From: a bacterium | GTDB lineage: Bacteria > Patescibacteriota > Minisyncoccia > Phycocordibacterales > CAIZLB01 | Reading direction: 5' to 3' | Assembly (NCBI GenBank): GCA_037127815.1 | Contig: JBAXXP010000001.1 | Location: forward strand, 16,936 to 80,935 | DNA: 64,000 bases | Shown here: one piece after another, positions 48,923 through 56,783 of the stretch | How the letters are laid out: the number at the start of each line of letters is the position of its first letter | Numbering within the stretch: the stretch's first letter is position 1 | Notes under the pieces: generated by a model | Told to the model about the DNA's origin: nothing | Seen by the model: only the letters and a program-made list of their open reading frames with translations | The model's database searches: none | Position numbers and translations under genes: made by a program

Positions 48923-49022
48923 AAGAATTATTTAAATATAGTATACCACTAATTGCAATTTTAATGCATTGTTTTTCAAAAGTTTTCCACAAGTAAAATC
49001 GTTTTTCACTCTTATACAGCTT

Positions 49023-50144
49023 TTATGACACCTCCTGAAGTCTTCTTAGCGCAATCCCAACAGCAACAGCAAATTCTAGCCCCGCATTCTTCAATACCCC
49101 CTCCAAAAAAGCAGGTGCCTCAACTTTACTGAATGGATCTCCAATCTCTACGGTTGTTTGAAAGTTTGCTGCGGCCATTTCTACAATCCCCTTCATAGCA
49201 ACACCACCTCCTGTTAAAATAACCTTTGAGACAGTTTTATTAAATCTTTTTTGGTAACTCAAAAGTACACTATTTGCTTCTGAAAAAATATAATCCATAG
49301 TAAGAGAAATAATTTCATATATTTTTTGCTCATCAGCTGGAGCTAGGGTTCCAAGAGACCTTTTCATATGCTCAGCACTATCAAAAGTAACATTCATTCC
49401 CTTAGAGATACTAGTGCTAACCTCTTGAGATCCTTTATTTATTATATGCGATGATTTAATTATACCTCTTTCAATCATATAAATTTTTGTAGCCGCTGCG
49501 CCCATGTCAAAAATCATCACAGGCTCAATTTCCCCAGAAATCAAAGCTCTTGTACTACTGAACATCTCAATTTCAAAAAAACCAGTATCAAGCCCAGCTT
49601 GATTTACAATAGAACTATAATTACTGAGAACTTCATTATGAATTGATACAACCAAAACCTGTACCTTCTGTGGCACGTTTGTTTTTTCACCCTCTTCATC
49701 TTCTGCGTCCACAAAATCTAAATCACCATGTTCATTAGGGATTACCCACCAATCCATAGTCACTTCACTTATTGGAACAGGGATATATTTTCTTGCCTCA
49801 AGGGGAATCATTTCTTTTAGCTCCGCATCACTCACTTTTGGTAACTCAATAAGGGAAACAAGACTAGATTTAAATGGAATTGAAACTCCAGAAATAAGAC
49901 TTGTGACATTCGCTTCCTTAATAATATCTTTTATAGCCTCTGCAATTTTCTCAGCAGGCAGGACTGCTACCTGCCCAACCTGAAGACCTGCATATGGAGC
50001 AAGGGCAATTTCTCCATATGTTTCAAGTACGGCCTTGCCACGATGCTTTTTTAATTGCACAACCTTGATAGAAGAAGAGCCAATATCAACACCAATGACG
50101 CTTTGGTTGTTTTCTTGGAAAATTCTTTGGAGAAAATTTGACAT
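49023..50144 (-). CDS. pilM: Type IV pilus assembly protein PilM (actin-like ATPase fold)
   Basis: 373 aa. N-terminal VIGVDIGSSSIKVVQL phosphate-1 motif of the actin/FtsA fold. PilM length. Confidence 0.75.
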   Translation of the reverse strand: MSNFLQRIFQENNQSVIGVDIGSSSIKVVQLKKHRGKAVLETYGEIALAPYAGLQVGQVAVLPAEKIAEAIKDIIKEANVTSLISGVSIPFKSSLVSLIELPKVSDAELKEMIPLEARKYIPVPISEVTMDWWVIPNEHGDLDFVDAEDEEGEKTNVPQKVQVLVVSIHNEVLSNYSSIVNQAGLDTGFFEIEMFSSTRALISGEIEPVMIFDMGAAATKIYMIERGIIKSSHIINKGSQEVSTSISKGMNVTFDSAEHMKRSLGTLAPADEQKIYEIISLTMDYIFSEANSVLLSYQKRFNKTVSKVILTGGGVAMKGIVEMAAANFQTTVEIGDPFSKVEAPAFLEGVLKNAGLEFAVAVGIALRRLQEVS

Positions 50145-50262
50145 AGGTGTGTTATGTAAATGTATACAGTGTTGTCTTTACTATTTATACAATAAATAGC
50201 CATACAGACATTCTACTGTGCGTAACATTATTATTAATAGTATACACCATAAAAAATAAAAT

Positions 50263-50952
50263 ATGAACAATAAACAAATTAATTGTGAAGAAAAAGAAGA
50301 CAAAAGAGAAAATAGCAAAATTAAATCTATTTTTTGCTATGGAGACGCCGATGTAAAGAAAATGATATGGTCATTTAAGACCGATAAGACATTTTATAAA
50401 TCGCAAGACAGCCTTATTCCACTAAGGGCTGTAGCTAAAGAACTTGTGAATGAAAATTTGCAAAATATCATTATTTGCGTGCCTTCATCCTCATTTTGGC
50501 ATAATAAAAAAAGTTTTGACCATATGCACTTATTTATAAGGAATTTAAGAAGATTTTTTGAAGGAATTTGTAAAAACAAATCATTTACAATCACAGATAA
50601 GCCGGTTTGCTCAAACTTTGAATATATCCCCTATTCAATAATTCCTCATTTGAACAAGGATTTACAGAAGGGATTAAATAAAAATGAGCGCAGTATACAA
50701 ACAGTCGGAGCATATCAATTAAGTTATTATTTTAAATTCCGTATAAAATTACTCCTGAAAAAAATAACTAGTCAAACCAATCAAACAGATCAAAACAAGA
50801 GTCCTATATTGCAGATTTTAATTATGGACGATGTGATGACAACAGGCTCAACAATAAAAGAGTGCCGTAGGGTTGTATATGAATACTTACAAAAAATAGA
50901 GGCGGATGAAGTGGTGCATGTAAACTGTTTAACACTAGCTTATGAAGCCTAA
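50263..50952 (+). CDS. comF: ComF/ComFC-family phosphoribosyltransferase-domain protein (DNA-uptake associated)
   Basis: 229 aa. C-terminal PRTase motif LIMDDVMTTGSTIKE. Cys-containing N-terminus. It is transcribed divergently from the pilus locus. Confidence 0.6.
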   Translation: MNNKQINCEEKEDKRENSKIKSIFCYGDADVKKMIWSFKTDKTFYKSQDSLIPLRAVAKELVNENLQNIIICVPSSSFWHNKKSFDHMHLFIRNLRRFFEGICKNKSFTITDKPVCSNFEYIPYSIIPHLNKDLQKGLNKNERSIQTVGAYQLSYYFKFRIKLLLKKITSQTNQTDQNKSPILQILIMDDVMTTGSTIKECRRVVYEYLQKIEADEVVHVNCLTLAYEA

Positions 50953-51078
50953 TATCGATAAAATACAAAGAAATGAAAAAATGGACATTAGACCTTAAAT
51001 TATGTAGTATTTTGACCAGATAGATAGTAGTAAATTAAATCAATAAATCAACACACAACCAATAGAAATAGACACGCA

Positions 51079-52407
51079 ATGAAACGTAAAGGTATAAATG
51101 CAAACATTAAAGTCGCAAAGTTTGGTGGAACCTCGCTTGCTGACGCAAATCAGATAAAGAAAGTTTTGGCCATCATTCAAGCAGACAGTGAGCTTCAATA
51201 CATTGTAGTCTCTGCCCCAGGTAAGCGACATTCCAAAGACAAGAAAATTACGTCCCTTTTGGAGAAATGGCATCAGCTTCACAAAAACGGCCATTCCTAC
51301 GCAAGAGTACAGAAAATTGTTAGCAATAGATTTTCTAAAATAGTTCAAGAGCTTGGAATCAAGCTGGATATTCATGCAGAAATGGTAGAAATTGCGCACT
51401 GGATTAACTCTGGTGCAACATTAGACTATGCAATCAGTAGAGGTGAATACCTTATGGGCAAAATTATTGCCATTGCTCTTGAATATGATTTTGTGGACCC
51501 AGCAACTTGCATTAATTTTAACAGGCAAGGACAACACATTGAGGATTATAAGCAGATTGGAAAAATCCTCAAAGGCAAAAAAGCTGTCATCCCAGGATTT
51601 TACGGCGCCTCGCAAGATGGATTCATAAAGACTTTTTCTCGAGGTGGCTCTGACATAACGGGGGCAATAATTGCCTGCGCAGTTAGAGCAGCTGTCTACG
51701 AAAACTGGACCGACGTGTCAGGCTTTCTAATGGCAGATCCCAGAGTGGTTGAGAGGCCGATGAAAATTGAATCAATGACTCACCGTGAACAACGTGAACT
51801 TTCCTATATGGGAGCCGGTGTATTTCATGAAGAAGCAATGTTCCCTCTTCGAAACACAGGGACTGCTATCAACATAAGAAACACCAATGATCCTAGCAAT
51901 AGTGGAACGCTCATTGTTGCTGATGGTGGACAAGGAAGAAAACCGTGGGTTATCACGGGCGTTGCTGGTCGCAAAAACTTCACGTCAATTAGAGTGGAAA
52001 AGGCGATCATGAACAGACAGGTTGGATTTGCTAGAAAAATTCTCACCATACTTGAGAAAAATGATATCAGTTTTGAGCACATACCAGGGGGTATTGATAC
52101 GTTAAGCATCATCATTAATGACAAACAACTTTATGGAAAAAAACAAAAGGTTGTGCGAGAAATTAGAAAGATATGTTCACCAGATTTGATTAAAATAACC
52201 TCGGGAATGGCTATGATTGCAATTGTCGGACAGGCCATGGTCCACCGTCCTGGAATTGCCGCAATTGTTTTTACAGCGCTCGCAAATGAGAAAATTAATG
52301 TGAAAATGATCAATCAGGGATCAAGTGAAATCAGTATTATCATCGGCGTCAAAAACGACGATTATGAGAATGCTGTACGCGCGATCTACGAGGGTTTTGT
52401 AGGATAG
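51079..52407 (+). CDS. lysC: Aspartate kinase
   Basis: 442 aa. N-terminal VAKFGGTSLADA, the amino-acid kinase fold, and C-terminal ACT domains. Confidence 0.9.
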   Translation: MKRKGINANIKVAKFGGTSLADANQIKKVLAIIQADSELQYIVVSAPGKRHSKDKKITSLLEKWHQLHKNGHSYARVQKIVSNRFSKIVQELGIKLDIHAEMVEIAHWINSGATLDYAISRGEYLMGKIIAIALEYDFVDPATCINFNRQGQHIEDYKQIGKILKGKKAVIPGFYGASQDGFIKTFSRGGSDITGAIIACAVRAAVYENWTDVSGFLMADPRVVERPMKIESMTHREQRELSYMGAGVFHEEAMFPLRNTGTAINIRNTNDPSNSGTLIVADGGQGRKPWVITGVAGRKNFTSIRVEKAIMNRQVGFARKILTILEKNDISFEHIPGGIDTLSIIINDKQLYGKKQKVVREIRKICSPDLIKITSGMAMIAIVGQAMVHRPGIAAIVFTALANEKINVKMINQGSSEISIIIGVKNDDYENAVRAIYEGFVG

Positions 52408-52428
52408 GGATTTTTCACAATCAACTTG

Positions 52429-52459
52429 GCCGCTTTGCGTTTTACGCAAAGCGGCCATT
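52429..52459. terminator. Terminator hairpin (TGGCCGCTTTGCG-tttta-CGCAAAGCGGCCA) after lysC
   Basis: 13-bp perfect stem, then T-rich ATTCTTTTGTTT on the plus strand. It lies between convergent genes. Confidence 0.55.
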
Positions 52460-52469
52460 CTTTTGTTTA

Positions 52470-52898
52470 TCATTCTACGCTAATCAATCCTTGAACAAAT
52501 TTAAATATCTTTTCATAAGTATCCTTTGCAATTTCTGCTGTAACAAATTTTGGATCCTCCACTTTCCACCAAATAACTTTTTTATCATTCCTCAGAAAAT
52601 CTGGAATATATGGCTCTTGTGCCATTGAAACAACAACGTTATGTTCTTCTAGCATCTCTGGGAGTAATCGTCTTGTCTTATTCATTCTTATATTCATGCC
52701 ATTCAATTCCATTAAATCAAAGAAGTCTTCTGTTAAAAACACATTACACAAAAGCTGCCCCTCAGGTTCATCTACCGCCCCCGTATAAGTACCTGCTGAG
52801 TCAGAGTCGTTTGAATCTGTAAGCTTATTATAAATAGACATAGCCATCTGACTTCTGAACATATTTCCCTTGCATATGAATAAAACTTTTTTAGGCAT
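52470..52898 (-). CDS. Low-molecular-weight protein-tyrosine phosphatase / LMW-PTP-type arsenate reductase family
   Basis: MPKKVLFICKGNMFRSQMA carries the CX5R P-loop (CKGNMFRS). 142 aa. The track ORF (to 53000) reads through the adjacent tRNA-Ser and was trimmed to the ATG at 52896-52898. Confidence 0.7.
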   Translation of the reverse strand: MPKKVLFICKGNMFRSQMAMSIYNKLTDSNDSDSAGTYTGAVDEPEGQLLCNVFLTEDFFDLMELNGMNIRMNKTRRLLPEMLEEHNVVVSMAQEPYIPDFLRNDKKVIWWKVEDPKFVTAEIAKDTYEKIFKFVQGLISVE

Positions 52899-52900
52899 TT

Positions 52901-52992
52901 TGGCGGAGACGGAGGGATTCGAACCCTCGGTGCCGTTTAAAGGGCACACCTCTTTAGCAAAGAGGCACGTTAGACCACTCTGACACGTCTCC
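52901..52992 (-). tRNA. tRNA-Ser (anticodon GCU), type II with long variable arm. CCA encoded
   Basis: GGAGACGTGTCAGAGTGGTCTAACGTGCCTCTTTGCTAAAGAGGTGTGCCCTTTAAACGGCACCGAGGGTTCGAATCCCTCCGTCTCCGCCA. Anticodon loop TTGCTAA. Confidence 0.8.
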
Positions 52993-53031
52993 AACATCAT
53001 TAAGATAGCACAAAATAGAGTATTTTACTAC

Positions 53032-53364
53032 ATGATAATTACGACCAATTCAAGGTTTGACACCATCGGTAATTTAATATATCATTCAAACATGCATTTG
53101 AATGAATTAGCCAAGTTAATACGCACAGCCGGTGATGAAAGTAGGCTCAAAATCCTATGCATTATTTTTAATAAGAAGAAAATATGCGTATCTGACCTAG
53201 CAGAAGAATTGCATATGGGCATAGCCATCGTATCCCATCACCTTCAAGTCATGTCTCGTGAAGGACTAGTAATCCCTGTACGGGACGGCAAAAGAATTTG
53301 TTACGAGCTTCCCAAAGAAGCATTTATTAAAGACTTAAAAAAATTTATTTGTAAATACAAATAA
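53032..53364 (+). CDS. ArsR/SmtB-family metalloregulatory transcriptional repressor
   Basis: ELAKLIRTAGDESRLKILCII...ICVSDLAEELHMGIAIVSHHLQVMSREGLV is the ArsR wHTH. The start may be the internal MHLNEL (53092). Confidence 0.65.
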   Translation: MIITTNSRFDTIGNLIYHSNMHLNELAKLIRTAGDESRLKILCIIFNKKKICVSDLAEELHMGIAIVSHHLQVMSREGLVIPVRDGKRICYELPKEAFIKDLKKFICKYK

Positions 53365-53383
53365 TAGACTAAAAAATTAAAAT

Positions 53384-53626
53384 ATGAATACAACAAATCA
53401 CAAAGTTATAGTTTACGGAACTCAAACATGTCCATACTGTATATACGCAAAAGATTACTTCAATGAAAATAATATCCCCTTTGAAGACATTGATGTAACA
53501 AAGGATCAAGTAAAGGCACAAGAAATGATTACCAAAAGTGGCCAAATGGGAGTACCTGTAATTGATATAGATGGAAACATATTAATTGGATTCCAGCCTG
53601 AGGCTTTTGCAGAACTACTAAAATAG
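53384..53626 (+). CDS. Glutaredoxin (NrdH/Grx-like, CPYC active site)
   Basis: 80 aa. VIVYGTQTCPYCIYAK and the downstream GVPVIDIDG motif. Confidence 0.75.
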   Translation: MNTTNHKVIVYGTQTCPYCIYAKDYFNENNIPFEDIDVTKDQVKAQEMITKSGQMGVPVIDIDGNILIGFQPEAFAELLK

Positions 53627-53629
53627 CTT

Positions 53630-53665
53630 ATTTGGGGTCAGGCACCATGGTGCCTGACCCCAAAT
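53630..53665. repeat. Copy 4 of the palindromic repeat family (ATTTGGGGTCAGGCACCATGGTGCCTGACCCCAAAT)
   Basis: Perfect 36-nt palindrome between the grx stop (53626) and the ung stop (53667). Confidence 0.8.
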
Positions 53666-53666
53666 A

Positions 53667-54347
53667 TTATTTCCAATCAATCTCCCTTACTCCACGTTTC
53701 TTAAGATATTTATTTGTCTTACTAAAATGCTTGGTACCAAAGAACCCCTTGTATACTGAGAATGGCGATGGATGCGCTGCCTCAAGTACAAGATGTTTTT
53801 TTGTATCAATTTTTTTACCCTTCTTTTTTGCATAATTTCCCCACAATATAAAAACCAAGCCTTCTCTCTCAGAAGATAACTTTTCAATTACAAAATCTGT
53901 AAATTCCTCCCACCCCTTTTTCTGATGTGACCCTGGAGCATGCGAACCAACAGTTAATGTCGCATTCAAAAGAAGCACCCCTTGTTTTGCCCATCTAGAT
54001 AAATCTCCACTTTTCTGTGGAACTATATGTAAATCGTTCTCAATTTCTTTATAAATATTTTTTAACGATGGAGGTGGCGTAACCCCATCGTTAACAGAGA
54101 AGCACAGCCCATTTGCCTGATTTGGACCATGATATGGATCCTGACCAATAATCACCACTTTCACATTCTCAAACGAACATAAATTGAAGGCTCTAAAGAT
54201 GTTTTGTTTTGCTGGATAAGTTTCAACTCCACCCTTCAAATACTCTCCATGAACAAAACTAGATAAAGCCTTAAAATACGGCTTTTTAAACTCACCCAAA
54301 AGAACCTTCTTCCAGGAATCTTCAATTTTGACTTCCTTATCAAACAT
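53667..54347 (-). CDS. ung: Uracil-DNA glycosylase, family 1
   Basis: 226 aa. GQDPYHGPNQANGLCFSV water-activating loop and the HPSPFS DNA-intercalation loop. Confidence 0.85.
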   Translation of the reverse strand: MFDKEVKIEDSWKKVLLGEFKKPYFKALSSFVHGEYLKGGVETYPAKQNIFRAFNLCSFENVKVVIIGQDPYHGPNQANGLCFSVNDGVTPPPSLKNIYKEIENDLHIVPQKSGDLSRWAKQGVLLLNATLTVGSHAPGSHQKKGWEEFTDFVIEKLSSEREGLVFILWGNYAKKKGKKIDTKKHLVLEAAHPSPFSVYKGFFGTKHFSKTNKYLKKRGVREIDWK

Positions 54348-54427
54348 TAGCTGTATTATAGGTAAAAAGGCAAAAAATTCAAATAAGTTTGAAATATCTC
54401 AAAAATAAGATATACTGCCACATACAA

Positions 54428-54514
54428 GGAGGATTGGATGAGCGGCTTAAATCAACAGTTTACTAAACTGTCGGCTTGGAAACAGGCCCGTGAGTTCGAA
54501 TCTCACATCCTCCG
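54428..54514 (+). tRNA. Type II (Ser-like, long variable arm, G73) tRNA with apparent anticodon ACU. CCA not encoded
   Basis: GGAGGATTGGATGAGCGGCTTAAATCAACAGTTTACTAAACTGTCGGCTTGGAAACAGGCCCGTGAGTTCGAATCTCACATCCTCCG. The anticodon stem ACAGT/ACTGT gives loop TTACTAA. The loop differs from the tRNA-Ser(GCU) loop TTGCTAA only by G34A. Confidence 0.6.
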
Positions 54515-54657
54515 CAAAATAATGGGCATAGCCCATATATTTTGCGAGAGTGCAGAATAGGTTGCGAAGCGACCGTAATTCTGCCTCCGCAAGTCATATT
54601 ACCCTTAAAATTTGACACCCTCTGTATCTTTGTTAAACTATAGGTACAAATAGACTT

Positions 54658-54782
54658 TTAGTCGCAACCCCAAGCTTTTCCAAGAAGCTTGGGGATTAAA
54701 TTTACAACATTTTCTATAATCTTATTATATTCAGAAGTATTTAGCCTACCCATTCTTAAGCCTAATCTTTTTGCATCATATA
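54658..54782 (-). pseudogene. 3' fragment (~41 codons) of a third MazF/PemK-like paralog
   Basis: The minus-strand frame reads ...LYDAKRLGLRMGRLNTSEYNKIIENVVNLIPKLLGKAWGCD*. This aligns with the C-terminus of 56296-56712 (LYDSRRLGPRIGKLDKIGYNDVIKNIVNFIPKPLVETWGSD*). Similarity stops upstream of LYD and there is no start codon. Confidence 0.5.
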
Positions 54783-54807
54783 GCGCGGCAGAGACACCTG
54801 AAAAATA

Positions 54808-54868
54808 AAAAACCCACCCAATAGCTGACCCCTAGGCCTAAAACTATTGTGTGGGTTATTTTTATGTC
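54808..54868 (-). terminator. Long imperfect hairpin (AACCCACCCAATAG ... CTATTGTGTGGGTT) flanked by A/T runs, downstream of 54881-55159
   Basis: 12-bp stem with one mismatch and a 19-nt loop, preceded by AAAAAA and followed by ATTTTTAT. Confidence 0.3.
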
Positions 54869-54880
54869 AACCTTCCCCAA

Positions 54881-55159
54881 CTAGCGAGTCAACACTCCAG
54901 TCCGATGAAACCAATTCAATAGCATTGCTGTTAACCATCCAACCACATACCCAACAATGAATGTAAATATAATCAAAGTCAGAGCGATACTAAATGAAAA
55001 TGGCTGTACCTGAAATGGATTGTTAACAAAATGTAATCCAAATATCCAATCCATATAAATCTGGGCCCATCCGATAAGCACAAAAAGACTCCAACATAAG
55101 TGAAATCCTCCCATTATACTTCCTGTAGCTAGACCTACTTTATTTTTATTAAGATTCAT
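54881..55159 (-). CDS. Small hypothetical membrane protein (3 predicted transmembrane helices)
   Basis: 92 aa, hydrophobic and Trp-rich. No recognised motif. Confidence 0.35.
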   Translation of the reverse strand: MNLNKNKVGLATGSIMGGFHLCWSLFVLIGWAQIYMDWIFGLHFVNNPFQVQPFSFSIALTLIIFTFIVGYVVGWLTAMLLNWFHRTGVLTR

Positions 55160-55164
55160 GAGTG

Positions 55165-55587
55165 TTATTTATTAAGTTTTATTTTTACTGATTTCTCCTT
55201 TGACCCCTCAACAACGGGCATCGTAACCACAAGTACACCATCCTTATATTCCGCTTCTGTCTTAGAAGAATCTACAGCTTTTGGTAGTCTTACAGATCGA
55301 GAAAAGGAACCCCTCTTTATCTCCTTACTGTAGTAATCCTTTTTATCAACCTCCTTTTCTTCCTCCCTGCTGCCAGAAATTGTTAACATGTCATCCTCCA
55401 GTGAAATATCAAGTTCGTCAGACTTAATTCCAGGCAAGCTCATTTTTGCAATAACTTTATCTTTTTCTTCGTAAATATCGACAGCAAGATCCATACCCAA
55501 TTTAGGCATAACCGGAAAAGATGGGAAAATGCGATCATCAAAAAATTTATCTACCTCACCAAATGGTTCCCATTTAATTATTTGCAT
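55165..55587 (-). CDS. Small heat-shock protein, Hsp20/alpha-crystallin family
   Basis: Alpha-crystallin-domain pattern (MDLAVDIYEEKDKVIAKMSLPGIKSDELDISLEDDMLTISGSR...GSFSRSVRLP...AEYKDGVLVVTMP). The start is taken at MQIIKWEPF, since the track ORF extends to 55641. Confidence 0.8.
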   Translation of the reverse strand: MQIIKWEPFGEVDKFFDDRIFPSFPVMPKLGMDLAVDIYEEKDKVIAKMSLPGIKSDELDISLEDDMLTISGSREEEKEVDKKDYYSKEIKRGSFSRSVRLPKAVDSSKTEAEYKDGVLVVTMPVVEGSKEKSVKIKLNK

Positions 55588-55707
55588 AATATTAATTATT
55601 TTAATCGTTCCACTAATATAATATACTATCGCTCTAGGCAATTGATGATCGACCTATATATGGTAATTATCTCGCACTGCAAAAAAAAAGCAAACTATGC
55701 ATAAATA

Positions 55708-56241
55708 ATGTATAGTTTAAATATGAAAAAATTGCTTTATACAGAAGCTGGGCCAAATGGAACTGCATACAAAAAAGGAGAATGGGAGAAGTTTGCCATA
55801 CACAATGAAAATGAAATAAAGGGCTTTTTTGGCGAATACAGATTTCTGAGTAATTTCTGGCCAGCAAAAGTATTTCTAGATAATGTAGAGTATTCAAGCG
55901 TAGAACTTGCATATCAGGCGGCAAAATGGAAACCTGAGTCCAGACAATTTTTCTCTACATGTACAGAATTAGATTCAATAGATTTCAATAGACAAAATAT
56001 ACCAGATGGATACCCTACAGCTATATGGGATTCAATAAAACTATCTATAATGGAAGATTTAGTTAAGCAAAAATTTGACCCAAAAATTAATCCTGAGAAT
56101 TATCAAAAACTCCAATCTACAAACAACAAACATCTTGAAGAAATGAATTGGTGGGGTGACATATTTTGGGGAACAACAGAAAATGGAGATGGAGAAAATA
56201 ATCTCGGTAAACTACTAATGGCAGTACGCAAAAATATCTAA
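55708..56241 (+). CDS. NADAR-domain protein (YbiA/DUF1768 family; N-glycosidase / ADP-ribose-processing superfamily)
   Basis: FFGEYRFLSNFWPAKV, YSSVELAYQAAKW, WWGDIFWG and NNLGKLLMAVR match NADAR conserved blocks. The start may be MKKLLY (55723). Confidence 0.7.
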   Translation: MYSLNMKKLLYTEAGPNGTAYKKGEWEKFAIHNENEIKGFFGEYRFLSNFWPAKVFLDNVEYSSVELAYQAAKWKPESRQFFSTCTELDSIDFNRQNIPDGYPTAIWDSIKLSIMEDLVKQKFDPKINPENYQKLQSTNNKHLEEMNWWGDIFWGTTENGDGENNLGKLLMAVRKNI

Positions 56242-56295
56242 CTGTGTATTTGACATCCTTGTTTGATTTGATAGAATTCAAATACAAATCGACGC

Positions 56296-56712
56296 TTAGT
56301 CGCTACCCCAAGTCTCCACCAGAGGCTTGGGGATAAAATTTACTATATTTTTAATAACATCGTTATACCCTATTTTATCCAGCTTTCCAATTCTAGGACC
56401 TAGCCTTCTACTATCATAAAGCCTTATATGAGAAATCATTACTGATCTAGTCACTGATTTTAATTGGACTTTAATATAATACTTATTATCCTTATTTTGA
56501 CTAGTCAAAGGAATACCCAAAAATAAATTTCTATTAAACTTTTTAAACACCAAAACGGGTCGTGAAAAAGTATCGCTTTTCCCGTTCTCTTCATCACCTA
56601 TGTTTACTCCAATTGAACACCAAAAAACATCCCTTTCTTTAATTGAAGGAAATCTTAATCTGACATCTAAACCACTCTTTTTCACAGACCATTTTTCGAA
56701 GTCTTTTTCCAC
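56296..56712 (-). CDS. MazF/PemK-like endoribonuclease-fold protein (toxin-like), solitary; paralog of 22256-22675
   Basis: 138 aa. DVFWCSIGVNIGDEENGKSDTFSRPVLVFKKFNRNLFLGIPLTSQNKDNKYYIKV. The C-terminal codons (IPKPLVETWG) are encoded by the inverted repeat CCCCAAG...CTTGGGG at 56307-56332. No antitoxin-like neighbour. Confidence 0.55.
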   Translation of the reverse strand: MEKDFEKWSVKKSGLDVRLRFPSIKERDVFWCSIGVNIGDEENGKSDTFSRPVLVFKKFNRNLFLGIPLTSQNKDNKYYIKVQLKSVTRSVMISHIRLYDSRRLGPRIGKLDKIGYNDVIKNIVNFIPKPLVETWGSD

Positions 56713-56783
56713 TAATTAATTTTAGCAAAATCACATGAGTTTTTGATAAATAAATTCTAAAGAAAAACGAAACAAAATAATTA

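Noticed and set aside
53632-53835. ORF MGSGTMVPDPKYYFQ... (also 34891-35079, MLGSGTMVPDPK...)
   Set aside because: Both start inside a copy of the GGGGTCAGGCACCATGGTGCCTGACCCC palindrome. The ATG is the CATG centre of the repeat and the rest overlaps ung or gatC on the opposite strand. Spurious.
55642-55707. CIRCE (TTAGCACTC-N9-GAGTGCTAA) heat-shock operator upstream of hsp20
   Set aside because: No match to the CIRCE dyad in the Hsp20/NADAR divergent promoter region.
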